NCBI GenBank assembly: GCA_045837725.1
Contig: JBEWZL010000216.1
Coordinates: 434,001-489,670, forward strand
Origin: Vermamoeba vermiformis
Lineage: Eukaryota
Reading direction: 5' to 3'
Length of the DNA: 55,670 nt
The translations under genes were made by a program, and so were the position numbers. This document shows positions 1 to 13,440 of this stretch, in pieces. The first letter of the stretch is position 1, and each line of letters begins with the position of its first letter. The notes beneath the pieces are model-generated. The model searched no databases. It worked only from the letters and a program-made list of their open reading frames with translations, and was not told where the DNA came from.

Positions 1-32
1 TTTCATCGGGTTAATGTCATGCCTTAGAGCTG

Positions 33-2421
33 ATGGTCTGGACTGAAATCAAGAGTGCGGTGGCTAGTCCTCGCAAGGGCGTGCCACTGACGAGTTGGAG
101 CAACAGATTGTATTCATATGGAGGCTGGTGCATGGGTCCTAACATGAGCGCGATCTATTCAAATGAACTGTTGACACTCAACTTGGACATGCCTCATCCG
201 AACAACAATTTGTTGAATAGTAATTTGAGCAATCTCAGTCCCATGAACTCGAACAGATTTGACGCTGTGCCGCAGTGGTTCACGACACGCACGACAGGCA
301 CACCTCCTTCAGCACGCTGGGGCCACACATTGACAGCTGTCGGCAATCAACTCTATTTGTTCGGTGGCTGTGTGGACAAGGGTCCTACGAATGAATTTTA
401 CGCGTATGATATTAGTAAGTGGTCTCGATTATTATTATTATTCAAATCTAACCGTGCGATCAGCTTCAAATATGTGGAATACAGTTCACGTGCGAGGACC
501 GAGTCCCAATCCTCGTTACAATCATTCAGCCATTGCTTATGACCACTATCTCGTTATATTCGGTGGTGTAGCTATTTTCGACGATAAGAATGTGGCGTAC
601 TATAATGACGTGTGGATATTTGACACGAGTAAGTGACTGTTGGTAAATTGTGAAAATTAACAGATAAGTAACAAAATGTTGCAGAAACAAGTGAATGGTG
701 GAATGCACGCGTGAATGGCAGTCCTCCGTCACAGCGCTGTGGTCACTCAATGACTACTCTCGACCTCTCCACTGTCAATTGTAATCTTCCCGCGAACAAC
801 GTCTCACTCATCATCTTCGGTGGTTTTGAACGAACAAATATTTGCAATGATCTTCACATTATGATTCTCGGTATGTCAAGCAAGTGTCGAACTATGCAGT
901 ACTAATGCTGTATTAGACCTGAATAGCAAAGAAGTCAAGTGGTTGCCTGGCGAAATATCCCCGCACGCTGTGGGCATGAAGTTCTATCGCGCAGACAATT
1001 TTCAGATAATACTGCGCGAGGATTGGAAGACACCCACACCCCGATATGGCCACACGATGTGCACGTATCAGGTAAGTTCAACATTCATTGCTGATTTAGA
1101 GCGACACTAACGACCTCAGAACAAAATGATCTTGTTTGGCGGCGGTGACAACGCGCAGTCTCTGTTCGACACCAAAGTGCTGACACTGAGTACGTACTAG
1201 TTCCATTGGCACGTGACCACGTCGCTTATGCACTTGTATTTAGAACGCTCTCGTTCTCCCAAACTAATCATTCACCCGATAGCTACATTCAATCCCGTAG
1301 TCAACAATAACAATGCCAATCCTTTGATTAACAAAATACCTGGCGTGCCTCAATGGTCCCCACCACCCATTAAGAAGTCCAATTCATTGCCCGAGTCATT
1401 GGATCCTGAAGAAGACATCGCCTTGCATCAGCGTGTCGTGTCCTTGGCTGCTTCACTGCCAGCGCAAATTCAACCACCTGCAGCCAGCAATGCAGATAAG
1501 CCTCGTGTGCAAGTGGTTGACAAGCCCAATGTTTTCGATGGCATTCAATTCCACGACCTCGGCGAAGACCGTCCGGTGAACAACAATAACAACCTTAGAG
1601 AGCCCATGGAGATCGACAGAAATCCATTGGCGCAATCACTGGTAGCTTCCAAGCACCCTGAGCTGTATCGCGACTTGAACACGCTGCTCAGTGATTTCCA
1701 AACGAGACTGGTCAATTCATTGGACCGTCAATTGTTGGAGAAGTCAGCGGTGGAACAAGACAACACGGCTGAACGTCTAAAAGAGCTTGAAATGTCCTTG
1801 AGCGAGAGCGAGCTCGTGAAGAAACAGTTGTTGACCGAGAAGGTCGAGTGGCACGAGTCACTGCAAATGGCACAAAAAGCGCGTGATGAGCTCGAGCAGA
1901 GCGCGAAACAGTTGTCCGAAGAGCGCGAAATACTGAACGAGAAATGCAAGCAACTCGAGTTCGAGAAGTCACAACTGGAGGAACAAGTCAAAAATGCTAT
2001 GTAAGTCAATTATATCTGTAGTGGATGATCGGGCAAGACTAACCTTGGCTGGATCTCACAGTGTACCTGTGTTGGACGAGAAAATGTCAATAGAGCAGCT
2101 GAAGGAATTGGAGAACAAGCTCAAGAACCACTTGAAGGACATTAAGACATTGAGGGTAAGTGCTTTTCATGCCGACCAATGCTCCTGTCAGAGTGCTGAT
2201 CTGACTCGCTTGAATAGGAAAAGAAGGTCGAAGAACTGACGAAATCTCAAGCACAACGCAAAGAAGAAGACAACACGTGCGTGATCTGCTACGAGCGGAC
2301 CAAAGAGATGGTGTTCATTCCGTGCGGTCACATTTGTCTTTGTGCTAAGTGCGGTGAGGGCAAGACCACTTGTCCCATCTGTCGCGCTGAAGGCAAGGCC
2401 ATCAAGATTTTTACCGTGTAG
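33..2421 (+). CDS. Kelch-repeat protein with coiled coil and C-terminal C3HC4 RING finger (putative E3 ligase), multi-exon
   Basis: Kelch motifs PSARWGHT..LYLFGG, PNPRYNHS..LVIFGG, PSQRCGHS and PTPRYGHT. Coiled coil in ORF 1213-2004. Last exon reads CVICYERTKEMVFIPCGHICLCAKCGEGKTTCPICR with TAG at 2419-2421. Exons are joined by GT-AG introns. Confidence 0.85.
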
Positions 2422-2626
2422 AGCTAGTGTTATTTTTGTGTCATATCTCGCGTACATAAATTGTAAATACTTTGTCATGGCTGTACTCCTGAATTTTATT
2501 TGCAATTTCTTGGCGAAGTATCTGCGAAGGTGAAATATTCGAATTAGTTGTAATTACTTTATTGAAAACCACCACTACTACTTGTATAGATAATTGATAG
2601 TCACTAGTGTAAATAATAGAAGTAGG

Positions 2627-5600
2627 ATGGCTGACGATAGAGGTAAGTTGAAAACAGATCGAGAAGGATCCGGAAAACGCAATGAATTAAATTAAAAAAA
2701 TATTCCATAATTTTCTATTGCTGCAATTATTGCATATAACCCATTCAAAATGCCTTTGACTAATGTCAACAAATTTTGTTTTTTCTTTTTTCAAATTGTC
2801 AGTATTTTATGTCTCTAATAAATAACGTATAAGTGACATATCAATAATATTTATTTTTATTATGAAATAGAAAATGGAAGTAAATTAAGAGAGTCTGATC
2901 GAGGACGAAGAGATCGAGAGAAAGGCTCTTCTTCTGGTCGTCGACACAGCCGCAGCAGAAGTCGAGATAGAAAATACAAACGAGACGGCGAACGCCGCTC
3001 ATCACGAGGTAACAGATAACGATGCATCTAAGTCTCATACTGATTATTTGCTAGAACGAGATCGCACGTCGGGCAGAAAAAGATCTCGCAGCAGAAGTCG
3101 CAGTCGCAGCAGAGGTACGCCTATTTATTTCATGACCTTTAATTAATCACTATTCCAGAGGCCAAGCGAAGAAGAGAAGAGAATGACAGACGTGATGACA
3201 TGAAAGAGAGCAACGGTGACAATAACAACGGCGCGGACAATAAGATGGATGTCGATGACAGATCTGAGAGTGAAACTAGCCGCAAGCCAGTGGAGCCTAT
3301 TTCACTCGAAGAACTGTTAAAGCAGAAACAAGAAGAAGAGGCAGCAGAGGCCAAAGTACGTGCACTATTAGGCTTGTTGTATTGAATACTAATGCTCTTT
3401 TATAGCCCGTCTTTTTGACCAAACAGCAACGTCGTGAATTGGCACTGAAGAGACGTGAAGCCGAAGCCTCTGAAAAGAAGCGACAGCAAGAAGAGGCACG
3501 ACTGTTACGCGAACAAGAATTGAACAAAGCACGCGAAGAAGAGCGCAACAAAGACAAGCGCGATGACCGTGACAGACGTCGTGATGAAGAGCGTGGCAAG
3601 AGCAAAGAAGAGCGCGAGAAGGAGAAGCAGTTAGAACAGATTAAAATGACTTATTTGGGCTACAAGAAGCCAAAGAAAAAAGTCGTGAAAATCACCGACA
3701 AAACCAAGCCCGAAGAGAACTGGGACTTGACTGAAGACACTTCGCGAACAATTAACTTGCCTGGTGCAGTGTAAGACTTGTTAATGTATAATACAACCTA
3801 TTTCTTACTAATCCTTGCGCTAGCGACACAAATCCATTGTTCACGACCAAGACCGAATTCAGACCTGTGTTTGGCAGAGGATTCTTTGGTGGTATTGATC
3901 CCAGTGAACAACTCAAAAAGTTCAAAGAAGGACTCGAACACGAAAAAGACAGCAAGAAAATTAGACAAAAGGAGACAGAGCGCGAGGAGCTCGATAAGAA
4001 AATCAAAAAATTTCAAGGCGATTTGGTGCCGGCCAAGCACTGGTCTGAGAAGAGTGTTGCAGAGATGACGCAGCGAGACTGGCGTATTTTCCGCGAAGAT
4101 CACAACATTAGCACGAAAGGAGGTGGCATTCCCGTGCCCATTCGCAGCTGGGAAGAAACGAACTTGCCTGGCTGGCTCAAAGAGGCCATTGCTGATGCCA
4201 AGTACAAGAAACCCACCGCCATTCAAATGCAATCGATTCCCATCGGTCTGCAACGCCGAGATATTATTGGTGTTGCTGAGACTGGCTCTGGTAAGACAGC
4301 TGCGTTCTTGATTCCGATGTTGGTCTACATCAGTGGCTTGCCCCCTGCCAACGACACTGACGGCCCCTACGCACTCGTCATGGCTCCGACGCGTGAGTTG
4401 GCTATTCAAATCGAGAACGAGGCCGCTAAATTCGCTAAACACTTCCGCATCCGCACTGCTTGCTTGGTCGGTGGTCAATCGATTGAAGAACAAGGTCTGC
4501 AGCTGCGCAAAGGTGTTGAAATTGTGATTGCCACGCCTGGTCGTCTCGTGGACTGTCTCGAGAATCGTTACTTGGTCCTCTCGCAGTGCAATTACGTCGT
4601 GTTGGACGAAGCTGATCGGTAAGTGCTTGCCGTAAAGATACGCCGCTCAATACTTTGTGATTTCGCCTTATTTGGCGTAAATTTATGACTTGCCTTTTTA
4701 GTCTTAAATTTAACTATGTGATTCCATATTCTAACTCCGTAATTAGCTCCTTAACTCCGAAACTAATTGTATGTCTATTAGAATGATTGATATGGGCTTT
4801 GAAGAGTCCTTGTTGAAAGTATTGGACGCCATGCCTTCCTCGAGCTGGAAGTCAGAGAACGAAGAAGAGGCGGAAAAACAAGAAAAAGATACTCACCAAA
4901 CCTACCGTACCACCATCATGTTTTCAGCCACGATGCCGCCTCCCGTCGAGCGCATTGCCAAGAAGTATGATTCATTTCAATTTGACACCTAACTACTTAA
5001 TTCTCGCTGAAAATTGATGACTTTAACGTGAATCAATTTATTAATATAAGATACGTTCTATTCATAGGTACTTGCGTCGTCCAGCCGTGATTTACATTGG
5101 TGAAGTTGGTCGCACCGTGGATCGCATTAAGCAAGTCGTTGTGTTCGTCAAGGGCGATGCGGACAAGAAGTAAGACTTCAATACGATGTATATTATATCC
5201 CTGCACTATACTAACGCTTCTGTTAGACGTCAACTGGAGAGCGCACTCACCAACGGACCGAAGCCACCAGTCATCGTGTTCGTCAACCAGAAAAAGACTG
5301 CAGATGCATTGGCCAAGTCCGTCAACAAGCTCGGAGTAAGTAAAGTTACCTATGATTCTAATAGTATAACGCCGTAATGTAACCCTCGTACACTTACATA
5401 ATCCTTTCATGAACAAAATATACTTTACTAAAGTCTCATTTTGGTCAAGGTGAAATTGTGTCTTTTAACGGAGATTTGTCAATTTTAATTATAGACCTTC
5501 ATTATACTTATATTTAACTTTAATTAATTGTTATTTTTAACGACAGTTCCGAGCCACGACATTGCACTCCGGCCGTTCACAAGACCAAAGAGAATGGTGA

Positions 5601-6035
5601 GTAGCGCTAGTTAGAGGTACTTGAAATAGAACTAACGTTGTATATTATAGGGCCCTTGAAGAGTTCCGTGAAGGTCGCTTCGATGTGTTGGTCGCTACGG
5701 ATGTGGCTGGTCGTGGTCTAGATGTGAAGGGCATCACTCACGTCATCAACTACGACATGCCTACAACGATTGAGGGTACGTGTCGCATAATAATGTTCGT
5801 TGATAAGATTCTAACACTGCTTTTAATAGCCTACACGCATCGTATTGGTCGTACAGGTCGTGCAGGTGAATCTGGTCTCGCCACGTCGTTCTTGACCGGT
5901 GATGACACAGACATTATGTACGACTTGAAGGCGCAATTGACCAAGACTAACAACGCCATTCCTAATGAATTGCGCGATCATCCTTCTGCTCAAGTGAAGC
6001 CAATGGTCACTAAGCCTGTTGTGATGCAAGATTAA
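2627..6035 (+). CDS. DDX23: DEAD-box RNA helicase Prp28/DDX23 (U5 snRNP), multi-exon
   Basis: RS-rich N-terminus, [60 protein letters not shown]. The start codon at 2627 is inferred from the micro-exon ATGGCTGACGATAGAG|GTAAG. Confidence 0.93.
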
Positions 6036-6234
6036 GCTCAGATCCCGAGGTAAAACAACATTTAGAGGCCCATATTTGCAAAGTAATAAAGTTGATTTCA
6101 ACTTGACTCGTCGCACGCGCCACCAAATGAATTTAAAACCATAACAATAATTCTTTGGGTCTACCAGGGCATTTCTCATCGCCATTTCGCAATGGCGACA
6201 CAGACATTCTTTTCTTTACTACAACTATATAAGC

Positions 6235-9200
6235 ATGACAGAACTCAGTGCTATTGCAATTAAGAGATTGCGCAATGAAGGAAATAACATTAGAAAACTC
6301 AGTCGTGAGATCTTAGACCAAGAAGTATGGCGTTGACAACAAACTATTGACTATTAATAGTAATGACTATTATTTTAGGGGTTTGAAATAAATTTTGATG
6401 AAACAAAGCCAAACAAATGGGCGATCAGATTGTTCAATTTCGATAAAAATTCAAAAATTTATCAAGACTTACAAACACTTGCCAAAACAAACCATATAGT
6501 AAGTTATCATTAATTATGCATGAAATCGAATTTTAAAAAATTAATTTAAATTGGTGACTAAACTGTTGTTGGATGTTGTTCCAAAAACTTTCGCATTATT
6601 TTACTAATTGCGGGGTTGTAATGTAGGACTCTATTCAATTAGAAATGGAATTTCCTCCAAGCTTTCCAATGTCTGCTCCCTTTGTTCGGATCTTGTACCC
6701 GCGCATCCAATTTCTAACCGGTGGTGTAAGCCCAAATTTAAAATTGTAATGAGCTTATAGTTTATTTAATTGATGACTATACTAGGTATCATTTGGCGGT
6801 ACTATTTGCGCGGATGTGTTGTCGAAGAAAGGTTGGACACCAGGTACGTTATTGACCATTGCTAGTAAGACCTTACAATACGACTCACAGTTACTACAGT
6901 GACTGAAGTGCGACAACTGATACGCGAGATCAAACAACATCTCGTCACACACGGGGCAAGAATTGACACGACCACGAGCAATTTGAATTACACGGAACAA
7001 GAGGCCAAAGCAGCACATTACAGGAGCATGCTGTAAGCTACTGATATACATATTATTGGTCATATCGACTGAACTATTTGTCTGCAGCATCAACAGCACT
7101 GAAATCCCGTCAAAGGGTAATTACCGCAAGAGACTGCGCGTCATGTCAGCAGCTCGGTACGAAGAGGCGATTGATCTGGAGCACGGGAACAAAGTGCTGC
7201 TGCCTCCTTCAGTGTTGCAGTTCTTATGTAAGACCACGAGTAGTATTAGGTATACCAACTAACTTGGACCATTAGCCTCATTTGAAATCACGTTCCCGTT
7301 GATTTTTGAGCTCAATTTGCCCAACTTTCAGCGACTGTATTGCGGTGTGTTAGAATTTATCGCTGCGGAAGACACAATTGTATTGCCGAATTGGGTAAAT
7401 ATTTCCGACGAATTCATGAACGGGAGTTAATTCCGTCGCACAGATGATGCGCCTCTACTACATTGAAGAGGACTGCGAGATTGAACTGCGCAGTGTGTCA
7501 TTGCCCAAGTGCACTTTCGTCAAGTTTCAGCCGCACAGCATGGAACTGCTCAAATCAAACAGCTTTGACACGGACAGAATTGTCGCGCTGTAAGTCCTTC
7601 ACTAGTCTATTTAACAACACTGACCCCGCTAGTCTCGAATTCGCTCTGCCGCACTACTCGACCCTCACGCTGGGCGACACAATTGAGCTCGTGCACAATG
7701 GTCAGACACACCTCCTCAATGTGCTTGAAATTCAGCCCGCGAGTGCCGTGTCGTTAGTTGCTGAGCCCTATTTAGACATTAAAATCGAGTTCGCTCAAGC
7801 GCTTGATTACCGCGAGGAGGATGTGAAGGCTGGCATGCGGGCATTTGAACCGAGCAGCGGAACAACAGACAAGAAACCAACGCCTGACACGAGCGGGCAC
7901 ACCCTCGGCAACAACACGAACACTGCAGCCGTGAATACTGCGAGCGATGCATCGACACAAATTTGTCCGAATTGGTGAGCAGTGGTGAAAATAATTGATA
8001 TTTCTCGCCTAATTTTTCATCAAAAATCTTCTCGGTGACCTTGATTAACAGCGCGTTATTTCTCCAGCAAGAAGTCCATTTCACGCGCAGTGTTTGTCAT
8101 GCACGAGAACACGTGTCGTAGATTGAATGCATTCTGTGACAAGTGCCAGCAAGTGGTGCCCAAAGACAAGCTGACTGAACACAACAACGAGTTCCACGCA
8201 CTGGTACGTAGTCATGGTGCTCCTCTCTCGCGCAGTTGTTTAATGCGCTCTCGTACACAAATCTCTGAAGGGCGTTACTGGAGGTGCACATTAAGTAATT
8301 TAAAATCTAAATCAAGTTTAATTTTCGGGACAGGACTGCTATTCCATTCATTGCACTAATTTATTGCAATGTCTTACAGGTCTCGTGCGAGTGTGGCGAA
8401 CAAGTTGAGTCAGGACTGCTCGCGCGACACAAAAAACAATCGTGTCCTATGCGCGAAGTCACGTGCAGTTATTGCAGTTACGCGTGCAAACAGCTGTTCA
8501 TGAACGAGCACGAAGAGCGTTGTGGCGCGCGGACGAAACTGTGCGACAAGTGCAACAAATTCATTCAGCTGCGCGGTAAGTGTGACCCCACAGAATCAAT
8601 TCCAAATTTAGTAAATCCCTTACCTGCCTTATTCGTCGCAGATTTCGGATTTCATCAATGTGCCGCCGATCACTTGGACCTGACTGCACAGCCCATCACG
8701 TGCCCGCTGTGTCTCGCGACTGAAGAAGAGAAGTTGCAGCACAAGTTAATTGAGCGGGTTAAATACGAAGACTTTACCTTTACACTGCCCGAGCTGGTGA
8801 CACATGTCAAACACCTGCACGCCACTGACACACGCACTGTGGTACGTAATATGGAATGGTGTGATATCAAATTCAGTTGGATCCAAAGAAAGAATACGTC
8901 ATATTTAAAACCTGCTATTTTTAGACATTCATGACATGGCAGCGGATATTACCGCTCGCTATTTAATCAATATTGGCGAAGTTCTTTTGCGTGCCCGGTG
9001 CTTATTAATGTTTAAAAATGTGACGCACGGGTTGACGTTTCATGAACAATCGCCAAATTCGCATTCGAATATTGCTAACAATCTCCTTTAGATGTGTCCT
9101 GTATGTATTATGAAAGCTGATGGTGCTGAAGAAGTAATGACCACTCAGTTCAAAGCACATCTGGATCTGCACGAATATCAACTGCAACGACGAGGGTTGT

Positions 9201-9235
9201 GGAAAGAGAACAGGTTTCGCGAGAGATTCGAGTAG
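6235..9235 (+). CDS. Fusion protein: UBE2Q-like ubiquitin-conjugating (E2) domain + UFD1-like domain + TRAF-type and Di19-like zinc fingers
   Basis: E2 part: KRLRNE, KWAIRLFNFD, FPPSFPMSAPFVRILYP, GGTICADVLSKKGWTP. Splicing continues in frame into the UFD1 part: GNKVLLPPSVL, YCGVLEFIA, VLPNWMM, VSLPKCTFVKFQP, HYSTLTLGDTI. Cys/His fingers follow. Last exon MCPVC...HLDLH ends at TAG 9233-9235. Confidence 0.8.
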
Positions 9236-9565
9236 ATATTGTGACTGCATGTGAATATAAAACTAATCTTAATCTCGTCGTGATCGGTAAACCCGATCCA
9301 ATTCTCTCGTGCTTCGGGCTATTTGCGGGGTTTTCGAAAATTGAACGAATAATGCCGCGATACAAATCATGAAACACTCCCTATAAATACTGCACTCGGG
9401 CTGTTCGGAGATAGAAGTATATTATGTCTAAATTTAGCGTTCCGACTCACAGTGCACGTGCCGTTGGGTTGACGTTCGTTAATATTATTATGGGTTAATT
9501 TCTGATTTGATTTGACGAGTGATACCTCAATACCTCAACGTAAGCGTAATAATCACTCTTCAGCG

Positions 9566-10101
9566 ATGCAATCACTACTGCCAACCACTTGTCTCTTGCA
9601 AGATCTAGCCGCGGCTGTCTACCCAAATCCAATGCTTTCTGTTAAATATCCGGAAGAGAGAATACAACCTACTACCAATACAAAACCATATAGTAACAAC
9701 AATTCATCGAAATGCGCTATTCAATTTCTCTTGAATTCGCAGATGGAGCTAAGTCCGGTCCAACCCTTCACCGATGCTAACAAGAACACTCGGTCCATCT
9801 CTAAACAAGTCTCTCGGAGAATTACTAAGGGCACTGTGGCAGTAAGCGCTATATTATTATTAATATTAGCGTCATCCATCTCACGTCAATTCTGACAGAC
9901 ATTCGACAATGCATTCACCATCACGCACTTCCATGTCCCTATTAAGGTACGTGCATTACATAATTATCACGCAAGATGAAATCTAAGTTAGTTTGCGTTC
10001 AGCGAAGTAAAGTTGAAAAAGATCTGCTCGGTCAAAAGCGAACACGACCTCCTAGTCCTCATGCCTATCAATTCGTCATATTACCGCCCTCTAGTTATTA
10101 G
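9566..10101 (+). CDS. Small uncharacterised protein, three coding exons, containing an AIQFLLN motif
   Basis: ATG at 9566 after a 5'-UTR acceptor. GT-AG introns at about 9842-9898 and 9947-10002 give an open frame to TAG at 10099-10101. TATAAAT at 9382. No recognisable domain. Confidence 0.45.
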
Positions 10102-10442
10102 AGCGTGCTTGTTATATGTATATTGTAAATAACTGTAAAATAGCGATTTCCTTCCATGGACAAACCTTGGCAATGTTAAAACCATACGATGCTGCATCCT
10201 ATGATCGGAATTTGAACAACAATGCTAAATGACTCTTAATAGATTATATTATATTATAAAATATATCTCAAGGTGTATTCCGCTCTGATTGGAAAATATT
10301 CTCCGCCGTGATCCAGGCTGTGGACTTTCGCATTAAAATCACAAAGTGACTTTGACAAAATGATCATAAAGTATACAAATATGACTTGTATTATCAATTT
10401 GAACATATGTACAGGGTGTTAGAGTGGATGTGCTTACGCGTT

Positions 10443-11923
10443 TCAATCAGCAAACTTCTTAGTCCTATAGACGACTATTTGACGCAATACGAGACAATCA
10501 ACGACGAGCTGAAACACGCCGCAAAAAGTGAACTGAACTGGCGCGGATGTGACCACGTAGTAGACTGTTTTGATCAGATCTCCAACGAACCAACCTCCAA
10601 CCAGCACCAAACTACGTAAGATTAATATAAAAGCATCGAAATTTATCAACAGAATGTCATATTGCGTTATGTGGACTTTTAAGGTAATTTCGTATTTCCA
10701 TGCGTCCTGATTGTGCGTTGAGAATAAATAAGGCATATATTAATGAAATTTAGATACGACGTCATCGTCATCGTACCAAAAATTTGATTCGTAAGACGGC
10801 ATTAACGCGCAAAATTTCCGTACCCGTGGCAAAATACTTTTACTAATTTAGCAAAAAGTTGATAAATCTAAATATTTAAGCTTAAAATAACGTTGTAAAG
10901 GATCGTATTGCACACAAAATATTAATACACCTACCTCAATCCATATACTGATTTGCTCTTGTAATTGCTGAGCAGTTGCGGTACGGCCATAAGAGCTTCA
11001 GTTCCGAGCGACAAGTAGCCGATCAGCGTCACAAACCAGCGCTGATTGATGAATGCAAAGCTAAATACAGCCACCAATAGCGTGAAGACAATGAGGCACA
11101 TAACTGCAATGCGAGAGCGGGTCAGTTTTTCAGTGAATGGTATTAACGGCCGCTTTCGTTTTTGATTCCAAGCCAAAATTAGCAATAGTTATGCCATATA
11201 ATGTACTATATTAATATAATGCGCAAATTATTTTTGATGCAAGCTGTTTTTAGCTTTCGGGAACGAAATGAATTGACACGAACTGAAATACTGGTGATGA
11301 AATTGAATATGAAATTTAAAAGCGAGAGACTAGGACCTCATTCAGTATAACTCTATATAATTAATCACTTACTATAATCAACTAAATCGCGCCAGTTCCA
11401 AAAATAGTTCCAATCAAAGTCTGGATGCAGGATCAGCGTCAGCAAAGGTCTATGCTAATTTAATAGAATAAGTGTACCTTGAAATCGTTTTCTCTTCGTT
11501 AATTCATTAGCTTCTTCATTTTTGCGTGTAATTAGTACTGTATTCACGAGCAAGAGTTGAATGAAGATCATCAAAACGGATTGCACCAAAAAGGCTATTT
11601 CGAAGCGGCTGCCAATCCTAAAATAATTTGGATGAGTAAGAATAGACGGGAAGGGATTAACTCGATGATTAAAATGTAAAGAAAAATATTCAAAAAAAAT
11701 AACAAAAAATTTACAATAATTCACCGGCGCAATTCATAGATGTACTACTGCAATATAATTACCAGAAAAATAGTCGCATAATATTCGCGAATAATAAAAT
11801 CATGCTAACATAAGGACTAAATCCGCCACTGAAGCGCAGCTGTTGTGTTTGGCGCATCTGCTGCATATAAGGCACTATGGGTGCAACTGCAATAACAAAT
11901 GAGCCTATATATTGAAGGACCAT
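10443..11923 (-). CDS. PQ-loop repeat membrane protein (PQLC1/SLC66A2-like)
   Basis: IVPYMQQ...GGFSPYVSMILLFANILRLFFW, LVQSVLMIFIQL, YFWNW, EALMAVPQLLSNY, WFVGDLIKTVYY...PVQF..CGVFQ. Exons joined by GT-AG introns. Confidence 0.85.
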
Positions 11924-11994
11924 TGTGTGCTATTGAAATAAATAATTACGGAATAAACTGTCAGTTTTGAATTTGCTTCTTTGTTCTGCAACAC

Positions 11995-13009
11995 ATGGAA
12001 CAGAATTATTTGCACAAAACAGATGTAATACACAATATTAGGGCCTCTAAGGACGGCGTGGTAGTTCGCTATCTATTTTGCGTCATACACGTGCAGAATG
12101 AAGAACAAACTGAACGAAATCTGGAAATAGCGAAGAGATCCGGTGCAGCAGGGGTGTTCTTGATTAACCATGGAATCTCTTATAAATCCTTGTTTACTTT
12201 ATTTCAGGTAATAATATTATCTAAAAAAAGGAATTAAACTTTAACGTTGATTTTAATTCCTCTCTGTAGTTAATGCGAGCGAAGCACCCCGATTATTTTA
12301 TTGGCATAAATATACTTGGAATTCCTGTAAGCATTTGATTTAATTATTGAGTCAAAGGCTCTAGATCTTCAAAATTTTTGCGCTAATTCACATTCAGTCC
12401 CCATTGACAAGGTTGGAGCTTCTTAAACAACATAACATCATGCCTGATGGCATTTGGTTCGATAGCGCGGAGATTGACGAGCACTCACAGCACTCGCAGC
12501 CAATCGCCGCTAAAATTACAAAACTCAAAACAGATCTGGGTTTCGGAGACGTGCTGTACTTTGGTGGAGTAGCTTTTAAATACCAAGCCAAGGTAACGCA
12601 AAGTCTAATGTAATTTATCGAGCTCTAATCGAGTTTTTAGGTTCAAACTCAAAACTTGAAGATCGCGACTTCGATCGCAACAAAGTACGTGGACATTGTG
12701 ACTACGAGTGGTACGTATATATGCCAAATGATACGGCATGAGATACTAATAGTGGCGTTAGGTGCTGGCACAGGCATTGCAGCTGAGCTTGAAAAGATTC
12801 AGATCATGAGCGAGTGCGTTCAAGCGTTGAAATCTCGCTTAGGAGTGGCTAGCGGAATTACTAATGATAATGTCGCGCAATATTTAACGTACATAGACCT
12901 ATATCTTGTAGCTACTGGCATTTCTATCGACTACCACGAGCTGGATGAGGTCAAAGTGCGTTCATTAGCTTTAAAACTGTCGGAATACGTAGCGAATAGC
13001 AAACAATAG
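11995..13009 (+). CDS. BtpA/SgcQ-like TIM-barrel protein (prokaryote-type family), five exons
   Basis: VIHVQ, GVFLINH, IGINILG, YFGGVAFKYQ, DIVTTSG.GTG, ASGITNDNV and LVATGIS match the BtpA/SgcQ-like pattern as recalled from memory. Confidence 0.65.
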
Positions 13010-13154
13010 ACGAGTTCAAAAGAAAGTTGGTTTGGTTACTGCATTGACGAAATGATGAAAAGACTGACGAGACTAAAGTATTCAATGCCTGGTGTTCAAT
13101 ATAATATTATAAGGCTGAGGTTATATATGTTTGCTCAATGATTATGCGACTAGG

Positions 13155-13355
13155 TGAAGAAAATGGTGGGAGCTGATGACACCGGACAACATGCCCCGCA
13201 GCGAGTTCTCGTTGGATGTTGTGCGAGTTCTTGTGGGACTATCTGTACACCGACTCCGTGGACGAGAGCACCGCTGCATCGCGGTACGAGAATTAATTGC
13301 ACGTGTTGATGGACTTGGAGTTTGGAGCGTTGATTTGTTAAAAATATGTTCGAAC
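13155..13355 (+). pseudogene. Frameshifted BTB/POZ-domain fragment
   Basis: EFSLDVVRVL in one frame continues as DYLYTDSVDE in another, then ELIA...LLKICS. This resembles a BTB C-terminal half broken by frameshifts, with no complete gene around it. Confidence 0.4.
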
Positions 13356-13440
13356 CCGTCAATACTACATTTTTTCGAACATTAATCCAAAACAGTCGTC
13401 ACATATGACGTTCTTTTCATTTGCTTCGACAGATGACCGT

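Noticed and set aside
3798-4493. 231-aa antisense ORF, and similar shadow ORFs in pyk, ERCC6, GH81 and the large gene
   Set aside because: These lie opposite well-supported genes and reflect codon bias. They show no domain motifs.
4619-5546. snoRNAs in the longer DDX23 introns
   Set aside because: There is an isolated TGATGA but no matching downstream D box and terminal stem.
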